A program made the position numbers and the translations under genes. Source: Eledone cirrhosa (taxonomy: Eukaryota). Taken from it: a DNA stretch of 64,000 nucleotides. Positions within the stretch are counted from its first letter, which is position 1; the number at the start of each line of letters is the position of its first letter. The notes under the pieces are model-generated. The model saw only the letters and a list, made by a program, of their open reading frames with translations. It searched no databases and was not told the DNA's origin. Location of the stretch: positions 55,490,001 to 55,554,000 of the forward strand of contig OZ024743.1 of assembly GCA_964016885.1 (NCBI GenBank), given 5' to 3'. Shown here piece after piece: positions 1 through 13,805 of this stretch.

Positions 1-2597
1 GTGAGGAGAGACAGAGAGTAAAGCAGTTAAATTATAGAGAGGGTGAAAGAGGGAGCGAGAGAGAGAGAGACAGATGAGGCTAAGCTTTATAATATTAGAG
101 AGTGAAGAGCGAGCAGTTAAATTATAGAGAGGGGGAATGATCTATTATAGAGAGAGAGAAGAGCGCCGGAGAGAGTAAAGCTAAGAAACTATAGGGAGGT
201 GTGTAGGATACATACATGCATAATACACGCACACGACACTCAGCCTTATAATATTATAGATATATATATAGGGCTGTGTGCGTGTGTGTGATACGTTCAC
301 GATTGAAAGACGGAGAAGACCACAGACTAAGGTAGTACTTGATGCATAGTTAGGTGCAGAGAAGATATAGAGATACGGAATAATGCCAATCAGGGCCTTC
401 TCCGTTTGGCTGATTATAAGGCTCACTTACTTTGAACTAGTTTTTTCGGAGCAAGTAAAATATTCTTCTTCTTCTTCTTCTTCTTCTTCTTCTTCTTCTT
501 CTTCTTCTTCTTCTTCTTCTTCTTCTTCCATTCGTTTATTCATTCATTTATTCATTCATTTATTCCCTCGATCTATACACTCGTCCATTCTTTCATTCTT
601 ATTATTTCTCAATCCTACTGATATTCTCCCCATCCTTCTATATATTCTACCATCTATCATCTAGCATCGACCATCTACCACACACTACACCGAATTGTCT
701 TTTCTAAAATCATACCACGTCTTTTCATGTCACCATCTTCTCCCATCCCTTTCCACCAAACGCCTACATCAAGTCTGCCGCCGACACCAGTCTTATGTCG
801 TTGCTTAACAGTCATGTTTACTGAGCGCTGTTAACACAGGATTAGCCCGTTAAGCTCGCTACTACAAACACAAACTATATACAACAGTCTGCCAGCGTCA
901 GGTCAGGGTAGATTTTCTCATCAGATTTTGAATGACATCTTCGTAGATGAAGAATCAGAGAAGAAATACCGTCGGTAGAAATGAAACTTCTTCCACCATT
1001 TTCTTCTAGTTCCGTCTGCTTGTGTTACGTGAAATTAAAAAGTCATTCATTGTCAGCATTCACGGAACAATGCAAGTCATGATAATGAGATTTTTCTTCT
1101 ACTAAGCTAGTGCCAATACCGGGGATTACCGAGAGCAAACGATGTTTGCCGATATAAATCCACACCAACATGTGATAGCTATCAGATCAGAGATGTTTGA
1201 ACACGTTGATTATGTTGACACTTAAATCTGAAGGCGAAATGGGAGTGTTGGAGAGAGCGAGAGACAGAGAGAGTGAGAGAGATAGAAAGATGGAGATTGA
1301 AAAAAAAAAGAGAGAGAGAAATGTGGGTAGGGGAAGATTTTAGATTGAAGGATGAGGAAAGACAAGGAATGAGGATGAGAAAAAGTGGTAGGATTCTCTC
1401 CAGAGGAGCAGAAAAGAGTTGATTGAGTGATATAGTGAAATAGAAGTACTTAGTGTTAAAGTAGAGTTGGAAGATGTGACGAGATAAGGGGAAAAAAGGG
1501 AGCAGAGAAGTGATAAACACACACAGATACACACCCACACACACACACACACACACAAACATATATGTATATGTGTGTATGTGTGTATGTGTGTGTGCGT
1601 GCGTACATATGTGTATGTGCGCGTATGTGTGTGTATACGTGTATATATATATAAATATGAGTGAGAGCAGGATAAATAGAAAGACAAGTAGATAAGAGTA
1701 TATTACCATATACAGTAACATGGTTTATATACTGAAATATTTGATTGATCACAGATCTAGACGTTAATAGCTTAGTTAATGGAAGTTAAAACTAAAACAA
1801 AACACCGGCTGAACATAGAATGATGATTATAAACAGTCATAAAAATCGGCGCATTCATAGCTATGTGGTTAAGGAATTCGTCTCGCAATCCCGTGGTTTT
1901 GGTTTAATTTTCCTTTACGTGGTACTTTAGACAAGTGCATTTTACTATAGCCTCGTCTTGTGAGCAAAATTTAATAGACGGACACTCCAGAAGAGTGTGC
2001 ATATGTGTATGCATATGAGTGAGTGTGTACGTGAACGCGCACGCGCGCGTGTGGGCGTGTGTGTGTGTATGCCCGTGTCAGTATTTATGTTTGTGTTTGT
2101 GTCTGTTTATGTCCCGTAGCTATTTGACAAAACATTGACAAAATGAATACTAAACCTGAGAGAAATACTTCTGGGGTCAATATGATCGATGAAACTTTCT
2201 CCGTGGTGATACACCAGCTGGGCCATAGGCTAATGACTACTAAAGAATAAAGAAATTTCTAGACGATCGTTTATTCCTCTCTATAGTCGATGGTAATAAG
2301 TCTATTTATTTGGTTATTGCCTGTATAGTGGATGGTAGGAGGTATAGTGGATGGTAGGAGGAAGCTAGCAAATAGAGGGATAGTGTGAAGGTTTCGGCCA
2401 ATGGATGGATATAGGAGCTAAAATATACTTAAAACGATGAAATCTTTCTTGAGTCAAGAGACTCAATAGGCTGGGGCTTATTCCGGTTTCAGGAGGCTTT
2501 AAGTGATTAAGAATAATTCATCTTGGATAGATAAACAATCCATCAATAGGTTATCCTCTTTCTACTGCTATGCTAATAGCAATGTCCCTTTAAAGAT

Positions 2598-2760
2598 ATT
2601 TGACATTTCAAAGTACAAGGATCTTGAAATAGAGATTTAAAAATTATGGGGTATGAAAACTATCATTACCCCAGTTGTAGTTGGAACACTGGGCCATATA
2701 AAGAGTGGAACTGACTCACTAGTACTGCCCACATTTTGTGAAGAGGATTATCAATTTAAT
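2598..2760 (+). mobile_element. Old remnant of an RLE-type LINE C-terminus
   Basis: Manual translation SKYKDLEIEI*KLWGMKTIITPVVVGTLG..TAHIL matches the YQDLKWEVKRIW..PIVIGALG..TARTL pattern of 62444-62650. Confidence 0.65.
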
Positions 2761-3302
2761 TTCGGGAAAGTAAACCGCGATATATCTTGTATGTAACACA
2801 TAGATAGATCAAAGTTTGTACTCTATCTATTATATTTTGTATTCAATTCTGTCGTTAAATGTGAATATGTTTGTACAAGGAATAATTGCTTTTATTGACT
2901 ATGTATGTATGATTTAGTAACTCCCCAGGGGTGCCGTGTTGACATACAGTTTTTCTAAGGTATTATTTTAAACCTGGTGAAGCCCAACTCCTCTCCAGGT
3001 CTGAATACTGCAATATTCTTCCAGAGAAAGATAGAGAGTAAGGGAGTGGAAGTGAAAATGAGATATAGAGGAAGAATCGACCCCAGTACTAGACTGATAC
3101 TTTTTTTTTATCGACCTGAATGTATGAAAGGTTATTTATTGACTATATGTATCAGTAAATAATGTATATAGAACTTTTAAATCCTTTGATATTCTCTCTG
3201 TATGATTGTGTCTGTATGTATGTGTATACGAGTATAGGTAGGATGCATAGGCCCTCGGTTGTGACCCGGCAGGATGCATCTGAATGTAGAAATATCCAAG
3301 GA

Positions 3303-3495
3303 AATAATAATTGTTTCTACTTTAGGCCCAAGGCCAGCAAATACCCAGTAAATTACTGGTACTTTATTTTATCGACCCCGTAAGGATGAAAGGCAAAGTC
3401 AACCTCGGCGGAATTTGAACTCAGATCGTAAAGGGACGTAACTATGCTGAAAAGCATGGCGTCCGACCCTCTACCGATACTGCCAATCTACCGCA
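3303..3495 (-). mobile_element. SINE family 1
   Basis: Reverse complement of 3582-3762. Confidence 0.85.
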
Positions 3496-3581
3496 ATAAT
3501 GGTTTCTTATATAGGCACAAATCCAGCTATTTGATGGGAGGGAAAATCAATTAAATCGACCCCAGTGCTAAAATGGTGCAT

Positions 3582-3762
3582 TTGGCAGTATCGGTAGAGG
3601 GTCGGACGCCATGCTTTCCAGCATAGTTACGTCCCTTTACGATCTGAGTTCAAATCCCGCCGAGGTTGACTTTGCCTTTCATCCTTACGGGGTCGATAAA
3701 ATAAAGTACCAGTAATGCACTGGGTAATTGCTGGCCTTGTGCCTAGAGTAGAAACAATTATT
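3582..3762 (+). mobile_element. tRNA-derived SINE family 1
   Basis: A-box-like tggcagtatcggtag, B-box-like gagttcaaatcc, and body ggggtcgataaaataaagtaccagt that recurs through the window. Confidence 0.85.
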
Positions 3763-3763
3763 T

Positions 3764-4360
3764 TACCGAACCCGTAAGGATGAAAGGCAAAGCAAGTCTC
3801 GGCTGGATTTGAACTCAGAATGTAAAGGGCCATAACTCTATGCTACAAAGCGTGGGGTCTGACGCTCTACCGATACTGCTAATGCACAATAAACATCATG
3901 AGGGAGGATATGATAATAATAATGATTTCTTCATTGGCCACAATGATTTCCAATTTTAGCACAAGTTAAGCAATTTATGTGAAGGGTAGGTCAGTCATAT
4001 CGATCAGGTACTTTATTTTATTGATCTCGGAACGATGAAAGGCAAAGTTAACCTCGGCGGAATTTGAACTCAGAACGTAAAGAGCCGTAACTAAATGCTG
4101 CAAAGCATTTTGTTCGACGCTCATACAATTCTTCTAATCCATAGCTGAAATAGTTTGGAACTCAGACATAAGGCCTGCAATTTGAGGAGAGAGTAAAGTT
4201 GATAAAATCGACTCAAGCACTTGATTGGTATAATATTTTATTGACCTTCGGATGAAGGAACGACAAAGTCTACCTCGGCAGGATTTGAACTCAGAACATA
4301 AATTGCCGGAACAAACACGAGACATTTAATCCAACACTCTTACGTCTCAGCCAATTCGCC
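3764..4360 (-). mobile_element. Cluster of three further family-1-type SINE copies
   Basis: Repeated gatgaaaggcaaag..ctcggc..atttgaactcaga. Confidence 0.75.
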
Positions 4361-4384
4361 TTATATATCATCACTTTGACACTA

Positions 4385-4639
<255 letters not shown>

Positions 4640-5094
4640 ATTTTCCTGCTCACATACACATCGTTCTATTTGTATATTCTATTGCACTTAAATACAGCAG
4701 ACTTGGGAATGGTCGGTTATATTTGGTTGCACTGTCAGTCAGTGTTAATGCCTGATAATTAATCTATATCGTAGAAGGATTAGGTAGATGTAGTGCTGTG
4801 AAGACACATAAATAATAGCGTAATGTTTACAAAGGGAAGTGAGAATTTGATGCCTAACTAAACCAATTAAAACGTAGACTATACAATTACGTATCTATGT
4901 AATTCTATGATGTGAAGAAAGAATGGCGTATGATGGAGTGGAGAGAGAGTTTAAGCATGGGAAAGATGGATGAGATTCAGTAAGATATATGGAAATTTGC
5001 TAATCTTCTGTGTTTAAAATGTTCTCAAAATAAAATTTGTTATCTGACAATAGCAACATTCAAATGCTGAATTGCTGTGTTTGGAATGTTGTAA

Positions 5095-5330
5095 AGACGC
5101 ATGGCTTAGTGGTTAGCGTTTTTGACTCACTGTCGTAAGGTCGTGAGTTCGATACCTGGCAATGGGTTTCGTTGTGTTCACAGCTGGAAAAGATGAGTTC
5201 TAACAGTAATCAAAGGCTCAGCCATGTCACACTGCGTCACGCTGAATCTCCCTGATAACTACGTTAATGGTACACGTATCTGTAGAATGTTTAACTATTT
5301 GCATGCTAATTTCTGTTCTGTTGGTCGTAT
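5095..5330 (+). mobile_element. tRNA-derived SINE family 2; diverged copies near 17490, 21005, 39713, 60248 (+) and 42730-43030 (-)
   Basis: A box tggcttagtggttag, B box gagttcgatacc, and shared body gaatctccc(c)tga.aacta.gttaa. Confidence 0.7.
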
Positions 5331-5898
5331 TGTAGTTCTAAATGAAATCCAAAGCGAAATAGCGTATGACGAACCTGGCCTTTGAATTACAGGTATAATT
5401 CCTTTTCTTCTAGTTGAGTGGACTGTAACAACAATAAAGTGACTTACTCAAAAACATACCCCGCTGACAGGTTGTGGAATCGAACTCACAACCTTACAAT
5501 GTTGAGACAAACACACTACCCACTGGGCCATGCACACCTTCACAGTAAACATAACGCTCTTTAATTCATTCTCCACAATGCAACATGATACATAAATTAA
5601 TGTACCATTACGCTCATTAGTACATTACTGGGTCATCATTCATACAGAGATGTCAAAAGGAATAATCACCCTTACCAATAAGCCACCTATGTACCTCCAC
5701 ATTCCAAAATTATGTCCATACTATCCTCGTATTATATACACTCTAAATCTACCCCTGTGTGTACTCATAACCTGCGTGAAAATAATTTATCACAGTCATA
5801 TCTACGAGAAAAAGTTTAAGACAAAAAATATACTAAAATAAATAAATAACGATAATAATAACAACAGTGATTTCTTTTTTATAGATGTTATTATTTTT

Positions 5899-5970
<72 letters not shown>

Positions 5971-6064
5971 GTTTCTTTATTGGCCACAAGGGCTAAGATG
6001 AAGAAAAACATTACAGACAGTAATGTTTTTCTTCATATCAACCCCTGTGGCCAACAAAGAAACC

Positions 6065-6100
<36 letters not shown>

Positions 6101-7665
6101 GTAATAATAATAATAATGGTAATAATAATATTAACAACTTGATGATTGAAGAGTTACTGATAGTTCTTCACAGATGCTGTTCTGAGGTGATAAATGAGAT
6201 GGGTAGGTGATGAAACAACATAGTCACCTATATTTCCTGTTCTTTCCTTTACAACTATTAAGGTTTCATCTCAACCCCTTTCAACTGCGTATACACTCAT
6301 CATCAGGGCTTCTAATTTCGTCGTAGCTTTCATCACTAATAATTACCTTTTTTATACACATCATCAATAGTAACTAACAGCTTTCATCTGCAGATTTTCA
6401 TCACCACTATCACCATCACCACAACAACCTTCCCTATAGCAACAATCACCACAACAACCTTCTCTATAGCAACCATCACCACAACAACCTTCACTACAGC
6501 CTTCATCACCACTAGCACAATCACCACAGTCATCACTTCAGCTATCGTCAACACGCCAGCCACCACTATTATCATCATCACCACCAGGGTAGTAGATTGG
6601 CAGTTTCGGTAGAGCGTCAGACACCATGTTTTGCTGCATAGAGTTACGGCCCTTTACAGTATGATTTCAAATCCCACTGAGGATAGCAGGTAATAGTATC
6701 AAGAAATTCATATGCCAAATATAAATATGATTTCAACATTTAAAATATAATTATGGATTACTTGTAATTGCATGTGAACAAGTATTATCCGTTCTGACAA
6801 ATATCGAAACCCAATAAAATGAAAGGCTTCTTTATGTTGATGATGAGATGGGAGTTTGTTTATCTCAATTTAGGCCTAATATAATGGAGATTACTCGTCA
6901 AAAACAAGCTCGTGCCTTTCAGTAAATTTGTGTTCTTTAATCATATTAAAAGTTATTTATGTTTTATATTATATTTAACGCATTATTATCGTTGAATTTT
7001 ATAATTTTTAGATGTACTTTTTATCAGATAAAATTTGGTAAGGTGCGAGCAAATTTTCATTCTGAAAATGCTGCCCAGAGAAAAGAAGTTTGGGAAACAC
7101 TAGGTTAGTGGGTCTTCGAATTTTGCCTCATTGCCTGTGCATGCTTTCTTTGTTTATAGGGGTTACGTACAGGAGTTGCCCATGGTTTTTCTGTATCATG
7201 ACATTACGAATGTCCACACAGAAAACAATTAAAATCGAATCTAAAAAATTATCTTATATTTTTCGATTATTATTTTTCGTCGGATGACATCATTTATGAC
7301 CCTTTATGTTTTAAGCTGTCGAGGTTATCTTTGCCTCTCATCCTTACAGAGGGGGGGGGGGGGGGGGGTCGATAAAATAAAATCTCAGTAATGAACTGGG
7401 GTCAATTTAATTGACTTTCCCTTCCAATCAAAATGCTGGCCTTGTCGCTAAATCATAAACCATTATTTTTTGTTAACATCCACATTCGTTGCATTTGTTT
7501 GACAAGTAACTTGATCTGAGACTGTTGAAACTGTAACAAATACAATAGAAGATACATTTTAACCATTTAACAACACACAAATTGCTATATTCACTTTTCA
7601 TTTGATACTTAATATGTCAAAGATTTCGCTGGACTATCTATCTATCACTCCTTCCATCTCTCTCT

Positions 7666-7740
<75 letters not shown>

Positions 7741-7874
7741 GTGTGTGTGTGTGTGTGTGCGTGCATATGTATATCTGTGTGCATGTATAAATATATATAC
7801 ATCTACATTTCATTGAGTACTACCGACATGTGAACGCTACATATATACATATATATGTGTGTGTGTGTATACAT

Positions 7875-7915
<41 letters not shown>

Positions 7916-7997
7916 AATATATATTATGTATTTCCGTAGAAAACGTAAAGGAAAGAAGAGTGCTATTTAATTATATACTAAACAACACAGTATAATT

Positions 7998-8069
7998 ATT
8001 CCATTACCTAAGGTTTCACGAAGTTAGACGATTCTAACAGAATCGTCCAGTTCGTTCATCAGATGAAAT
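7998..8069 (-). ncRNA. Type-I hammerhead ribozyme in an ORF-less pLTR-like remnant
   Basis: Reverse complement reads atttcat CTGATGA acgaactggacgattct-gtt-agaatcgtctaacttcgt GAAA ccttagG TA atggaat. All three stems pair and the cleavage triplet is GUA. Confidence 0.82.
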
Positions 8070-8317
8070 ATTTATGTTATGGATATCAGATATGAAATTA
8101 AAATCTATTAAATATGAAAGTGAGGCTGAATTAAAATAACGGAAAAAATACATGTACACAGAATCAGATATACATACATGCACATATACATATATACATA
8201 TATACACATACACACTCTCACACATACACACATTACGTTCATTGATTGGTGACGCGCGTTACCAATCATTGAACGTAATGAAGGCTTAATATATCATCCT
8301 TGTATCATTATATTTAT

Positions 8318-8510
8318 TGGCGGTGGATTGGCAGTATCGGTAGAGGGTCGGACGCCATTCTTTGATGCATAGAGTTACGGCCCTTGCCATTCTGAGTTCA
8401 AATGCCGCCGAGGTTAACTTTGCATTTCATCCTTACGGGGTCGATAAAATAAAGTACCAGTAATGCACTGGGTAATTGCTGGCCTTGTGCCAAAAGTGGA
8501 AACAATTATA
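8318..8510 (+). mobile_element. SINE family 1, full length
   Basis: Runs from ggcggtggattggcagtatcggtag to gaaacaatta. Confidence 0.85.
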
Positions 8511-8984
8511 TTTACACTCTGTTTAGCTCTACACCTGACTACAGACGTGAATCTAGACGTGGAGTGCTCACCTGGGCGAACCTACAGTAACTTCACCTTA
8601 CACATATATAATTAAATTGAAAATAAAAAGGGAAAAGTGGTGGGCGAGGAGTTATGATGGATAGGGTAGTGGTCTGGCGTGCGGGCCAAGGTGGGGAGAG
8701 TGCTGACGTGCAGTTGGTGATTTTCTGTAGGTGGGCTGCATATTATGCTGCGTGTGTGGGTGTTAAGTCTGTTGTTGGTGGAAGTGCGTGTGTCTGTGCG
8801 CATGCGTCCGCAAGCAAAAGTATACATATTCTCGAATGAAGATTGGCAATGGGTTCTTATACACAGACCGCACTTATTGAGTGCTCATTTACTTAATGTT
8901 TCATCGTTCTGTGTACACACAAAATCCTTTTAGTATATACACAGACCCACATACACACAAATATATGTATATATATACATATAT

Positions 8985-9023
<39 letters not shown>

Positions 9024-9124
9024 TGCGTGTGTGTGTATGTACATATGTGTATAGATATATATATGTGTGTGTATATATGTATATATATATGTGTATATAT
9101 ATATACATATATATATATGAGTAT

Positions 9125-9160
<36 letters not shown>

Positions 9161-9213
9161 GTAAGTATGTATGTATACGTACATACATATATGTATACAG
9201 ACGTACAGTAGCA

Positions 9214-9295
<82 letters not shown>

Positions 9296-9451
9296 TACAT
9301 ACAGGTACACATACATATATGCACGTATCAGTTTAGCGGACGCTTATTATAACGCCGTTTTGTTCGTTTGTAAACAAACTGAACAGCCTGAATTTATGCC
9401 ATACGGTGTTAAGGCAACCACGTCACCTTTTTGTTCAACACTGACACAGGA

Positions 9452-9494
9452 ACGATGTACTAGTTTCAAGCTTGTTAGCTATCATCAGCACCGT
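9452..9494 (-). ncRNA. Inverted copy of the 9758-9800 hammerhead
   Basis: Reverse complement of 9758-9800 within the inverted duplication. Confidence 0.85.
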
Positions 9495-9757
9495 ATAACC
9501 ATCTGCCAGATAGTTGAACGTTCGAAAGTATATACTTTCCTTATGAAAATTAACGGCTGAGCAGCCTAATTTGCATATTGAGTGAGTTAAATCGGTCAGG
9601 CATACCGAAAACGATAAGTTGAAAAAAATGAAAACGAAATTTCATTTCTCACTCTTAGTATGGCACTTACTTAAATGTAAGTATGTATGTATACGTACAT
9701 ACATATATGTATACACACGTACAGTAGCATGCGTTCAACTATCTGGCAGATGGGTAT

Positions 9758-9800
9758 ACGGTGCTGATGATAGCTAACAAGCTTGAAACTAGTACATCGT
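9758..9800 (+). ncRNA. Minimal type-I hammerhead ribozyme
   Basis: acggtg CTGATGA tagct-aaca-agctt GAAA ctaG TA catcgt, with palindromic stem III. Confidence 0.85.
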
Positions 9801-9950
9801 TCCTGTGTCAGTGTTGAACAAAAAGGTGACGTGGTTGCCTTAACACCGTAATGCATAAATTCAGGCTGTTCAGTTTGTTTACAAACGAACAAAGCGGCGT
9901 TATAATAAGCGTCCGCTAAACTGATGCGTGCATATATGTATGTGTACCTG

Positions 9951-10006
<56 letters not shown>

Positions 10007-10132
10007 GTAGGAGGTGAGTTTTATTGTAGTACAATAAAGCAATGCAGATATCGGATAAGAAGCACTCTACAGTTTGTGGGACTGGAGTATGCATAATATA
10101 AGATCAAAAGATGGTTAAAGGAGTTCCATATA

Positions 10133-10199
10133 TTTTATTATGCGCATTTCAAAAACAAACATCATCAAGCAATAATATTTGTGTTTTCATCAGATAAAA
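10133..10199 (-). ncRNA. Family A hammerhead, 3' pLTR
   Basis: Reverse complement reads ttttat CTGATGA [36-nt hairpin] GAAA tgcgcA TA ataaaa. Palindromic stem III, AUA triplet. Confidence 0.85.
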
Positions 10200-11195
10200 C
10201 AGGAGAACATGATATGAAGGCTAAAAAACACTTGTGGATAGTGCAGTTTTAAATCAACATAGGAAAAGTGGTTTTAGATTGATGTGTGATATTGGGATAA
10301 ATATTTTATTTAGAGAGGGGGGGAGGATGAAAAGGGAAGGAGATGAGAGGGAGAGATGGGTGATAGAGAGAAAGAGATAGTTTTTATAACTGAGAGGAGA
10401 TATATTTTTTACATAGAGGGGTTGAAAACCGTTGGAAGATACTGTATAAATTAAAAATTTTGAAAATTAACGAAGGGAGGATATGTGCGAGGAAAAAATA
10501 TTTTATTTAGGGAGGGGGGGTGGAAAGGATGAAAAAAAAGGGGGAGGAGATGAGAGTGAAGGTGGAGAGGGAGAGATGGGTGATAGAGAGAAAGAGATAG
10601 TTTTTATAACTGAGAAAAAGATATATTGTTTTAATATAGAGAGGTTGGGAACCGTTGGAAGATAATGTATGAATTAAAGGAATTTGAAAATTAACGAAGG
10701 GAAATTATGTATGAAGATAGAGAGAAAAAAATAATAATTGTGGGTGAATATTCTAACGTTAAAAGAAGAAATGTATGTATTGTGGCAATTTCAAAATTAG
10801 CGAAGAGAAAAATTGTTAAGGTTTGTGTGTAGAAGGATTTGAGAAAAATAATGTGAAGTTAAAGTTTGTATATTGAATTGATAATACATATAAGAGTTAA
10901 TATGTATTAATAATGAGTTCATTGATGGGGAGAAAAAAATAATAATAAATTAAGGATGAAATTGAGATTAAAAAGATTTATGATAGAGAGAAAAAATAAT
11001 AATGATTGCGGATGAATATTCAAAATGTCAAAAACAAATGTTATTATTTTACGAGAAGGTAGAATGAGGGTAATGAGTAAACGAGTATTATAGAGTGTAT
11101 AATGCCCTTTAAAGTAAGGTAGATGGGTATATTTTAAAGAGGTGTATGTATATGTGCCTTTGAGAAAAGATTCTAAATTGATAAAGAATTGAATA

Positions 11196-13599
11196 TTAAC
11201 TGTATACTTTGTGAAAAGTTCTATGGAATTTATGCAGGCAGATAGAAAACAAATCTGAGCGTCTATTTATTATAGAATCTAGGTTAGAGATAATGGTAAA
11301 TTTTTCATTTAGGCAGAGATTACAGATTTTAGATAGAGAGCTGTTCAAGTATGAGGATGCAGAAGAAATCTTCTTCCAAAAGATGGTATATTTAATGTTT
11401 TTGTCTTTTAAGGACCATATGAGTTCTGAGAGAGCAGTGTTAGTTCTTTTAAGTTTGTATTTGAAAGATGAATGATGATTATAGAGACGAGCTTTAAAAG
11501 AGGTGGAAGTGGAGCCAAAATAGGTGAAGGAATTGGTGCTAGTTATAATTTTACATTCATAAATTAAGTTTTTATCGAGGCAATGGTTGTTGAGAGGACA
11601 TTTATTTTTAATGCGGCAGTTGCAATTAGAGAGATTATTAATGAGTGATCTAGTGTTATCTATAGAAGGAATTGGATTGGAGAAGTTGTTTGCGATAGGA
11701 ATAATAGGAATAATAGTTTCTTGATTTAGAGTTGGATTATGAACATTTAGCGAAGTTGTGTTTGACGTTGTATTTGGGTTTACAGAAGTTAGCCTAGGGT
11801 TTACAATGACGTCGGGAGTACTATTACTGTTATTATGAAATTCAATATTGGAAGGAAGAGATTTAGTATTTAATATTTTGTTGTTGTGTTTAGAGATGAT
11901 GTTGGAAATATTGGAGGATGTAGAATACGAAAATTTGATGGTGTGTTTGTTAAATATTTTACTATAGATATGTGAGGGAGGGAAGCATTTATTTAAGGCA
12001 CTAAAGAATAATTTAGGAATATTATTATTAATAGAGATGGAGAAAGGAGCATTATACCAGATTATGTTTTTGTATCTAGGTCTTTTATTAAAGTTATTGG
12101 AATGATCATGATTAATTATTCTACTGTAAGATCTTCTAGAATTTGTTTCTTTACTATATTTGATTTTATCAGGATAACCGGCTTTAGAAAGCGCGTTATT
12201 ATAGTAATTGGCGTTAGCATCAAAGATGTTTTTTATTAGAAGATAGGTTATATATTCTTTTTCCAATATTATTAACTATAGCATTCTTGATATTGGTAGG
12301 ATGGTTAGATTTAAAGTTAACATAATTAAGGTTCTCATTGTTTTTATGGTAAGGGTAATATAGGCCAGTGTCAAGATTAAGAGATACATCCAAGAAATTA
12401 GCTAGTTTGATACTATTATCAAATTCAATTTTTAGGTTATGTTGGTTAAAGAGATTACGTATATTGTTCTTAATAATATTAAGTTTAACTATATTGCAAT
12501 TTAGGATAGTAAAGAGTCCATCGTCACGATAAATTCCACCGTGAAGTTGAGGAATTTTCCGACTCAAAGAGTTCAAAATGAAGATACCAATTAAATCAGT
12601 CAATTGGGATGAATCGGATGCTCCCATTGTGATGTCGAAGTTGTTAGAGGTATCGGCTCTGGTCCAATATTCGTTGTTGAACTCTAGGATGGTTTTACGT
12701 GCGGTGAGGATGATGTGAAGTTCATCTGTGGTGATGTCAGAATATTTAAGTGCGAAAGATAGAGCATTATTGAGAAGTGAAGGCGAAATGGAGGAATAGT
12801 AGCTGGCAATATCAAATTGAATAAATTTTAGTTTGTTTTTATTATCCAATTTGTTGAACCAGCCAATCACTTCAGAAGAACCAAACCATAAATTTAGGTT
12901 TAAAGAAGAGCAATTAGAACTAACCTGTGGGATAATCCTATCCAAGATGGCTTTACTAACAACCCCCAGATCAGATTTAGAGGGGGCGATTAATCTAACA
13001 GGTAGTTCAGTGCGAAAATTGTTTTTGTGATCCTTGAGATTTATCCTCGGAGTTCTTGGGAGGAATGGTTCGGTCCTTTTTTCAATGCCAAGTTTTGACA
13101 TAATCTCATAGGCTTCAAGGTTTATGCATTCTAAATTTTCATGGTTAGTTTTACGATACTTTTTCCTAAGTTCCTTTAGGATAAGGTTGTTATAATTATC
13201 CTTGGAAATACCATATAGGTTATTGGTTTTGTCAGAGTGGACTAAAACATTTTTTGAGGAATTTAGGTTAGAGATTGTGTTCTTGAGATTTACAAGGTGC
13301 TCTTGTCCTTTGTAAGGGTATCTCTTGAATTTAAGATTTTTTATTATTTTAGTTAATTCTTCCTCGAATTGTACTAGATTTTTGTTGGAAGGAGGATTTC
13401 GTCTAGAATTAAAAAGATGATCGAGGAAGTTGAGTTCTTTGGTATGAAAGTTCCCTTTTAGGCGCTGGTCATAGAAATAGGCTGTCCATCTAAGTCTTCT
13501 TACGAAGGAGTCAGTTTTTTCAATAAGAAGTTTGGTGAATTCAGATTTACCAGGTATAGGAATGTCTTTAGTTGAATTGGTTATGTTGTAATAATCCAT
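11196..13599 (-). CDS. Family A polyprotein (RT + Zn finger + GIY-YIG endonuclease, about 800 aa) split by one frameshift near 12230
   Basis: ORF 12220-13659 has STKDIP, SDKT, QFDIASYYSSI, ITMGASDS and IYRDDG. ORF 11196-12266 has [38 protein letters not shown] and CNLCLNEK..CLH. Removing one A from an A-run joins them (LSSNKNIFDANA). Likely ATG at 13599 (MDYYNIT). Confidence 0.9.
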
Positions 13600-13805
13600 G
13601 TTGTAGAAGAAGAGGTGAAGGACCATCAAAAGGTATCCAATATGAGAGTAAGCGCTCAACCGTTAAGGAGCAAGTTAATGTAGGAGGTGAGTTTTATTGT
13701 AGTACAATAAAGCAATGCAGATATCGGATAAGAAGCACTCTACAGTTTGTGGGACTGGAGTATGCATAATATAAGATCAAAAGATGGTTAAAGGAGTTCC
13801 ATATA

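Larger units (their letters stand above)
9295..9960. repeat. Inverted duplication (about 9295-9520 and 9732-9960) carrying hammerheads
   Basis: The same peptide-like string appears in ORFs 9171-9560(+) and 9671-10042(-), and the arms are reverse complements. Confidence 0.85.

Noticed and set aside
3303-3762. Apparent inverted repeat or tRNA genes
   Set aside because: Two oppositely oriented SINE copies. A and B boxes are present but there is no cloverleaf.
6255-6312. CTGATGA followed by GAAA on the minus strand
   Set aside because: No stem I or III pairing and no valid NUH.
12220-12266. Programmed frameshift between the RT and endonuclease ORFs
   Set aside because: PLEs normally use one ORF and family B is single-frame here. 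One extra A in a homopolymer is better explained by mutation or sequencing error.
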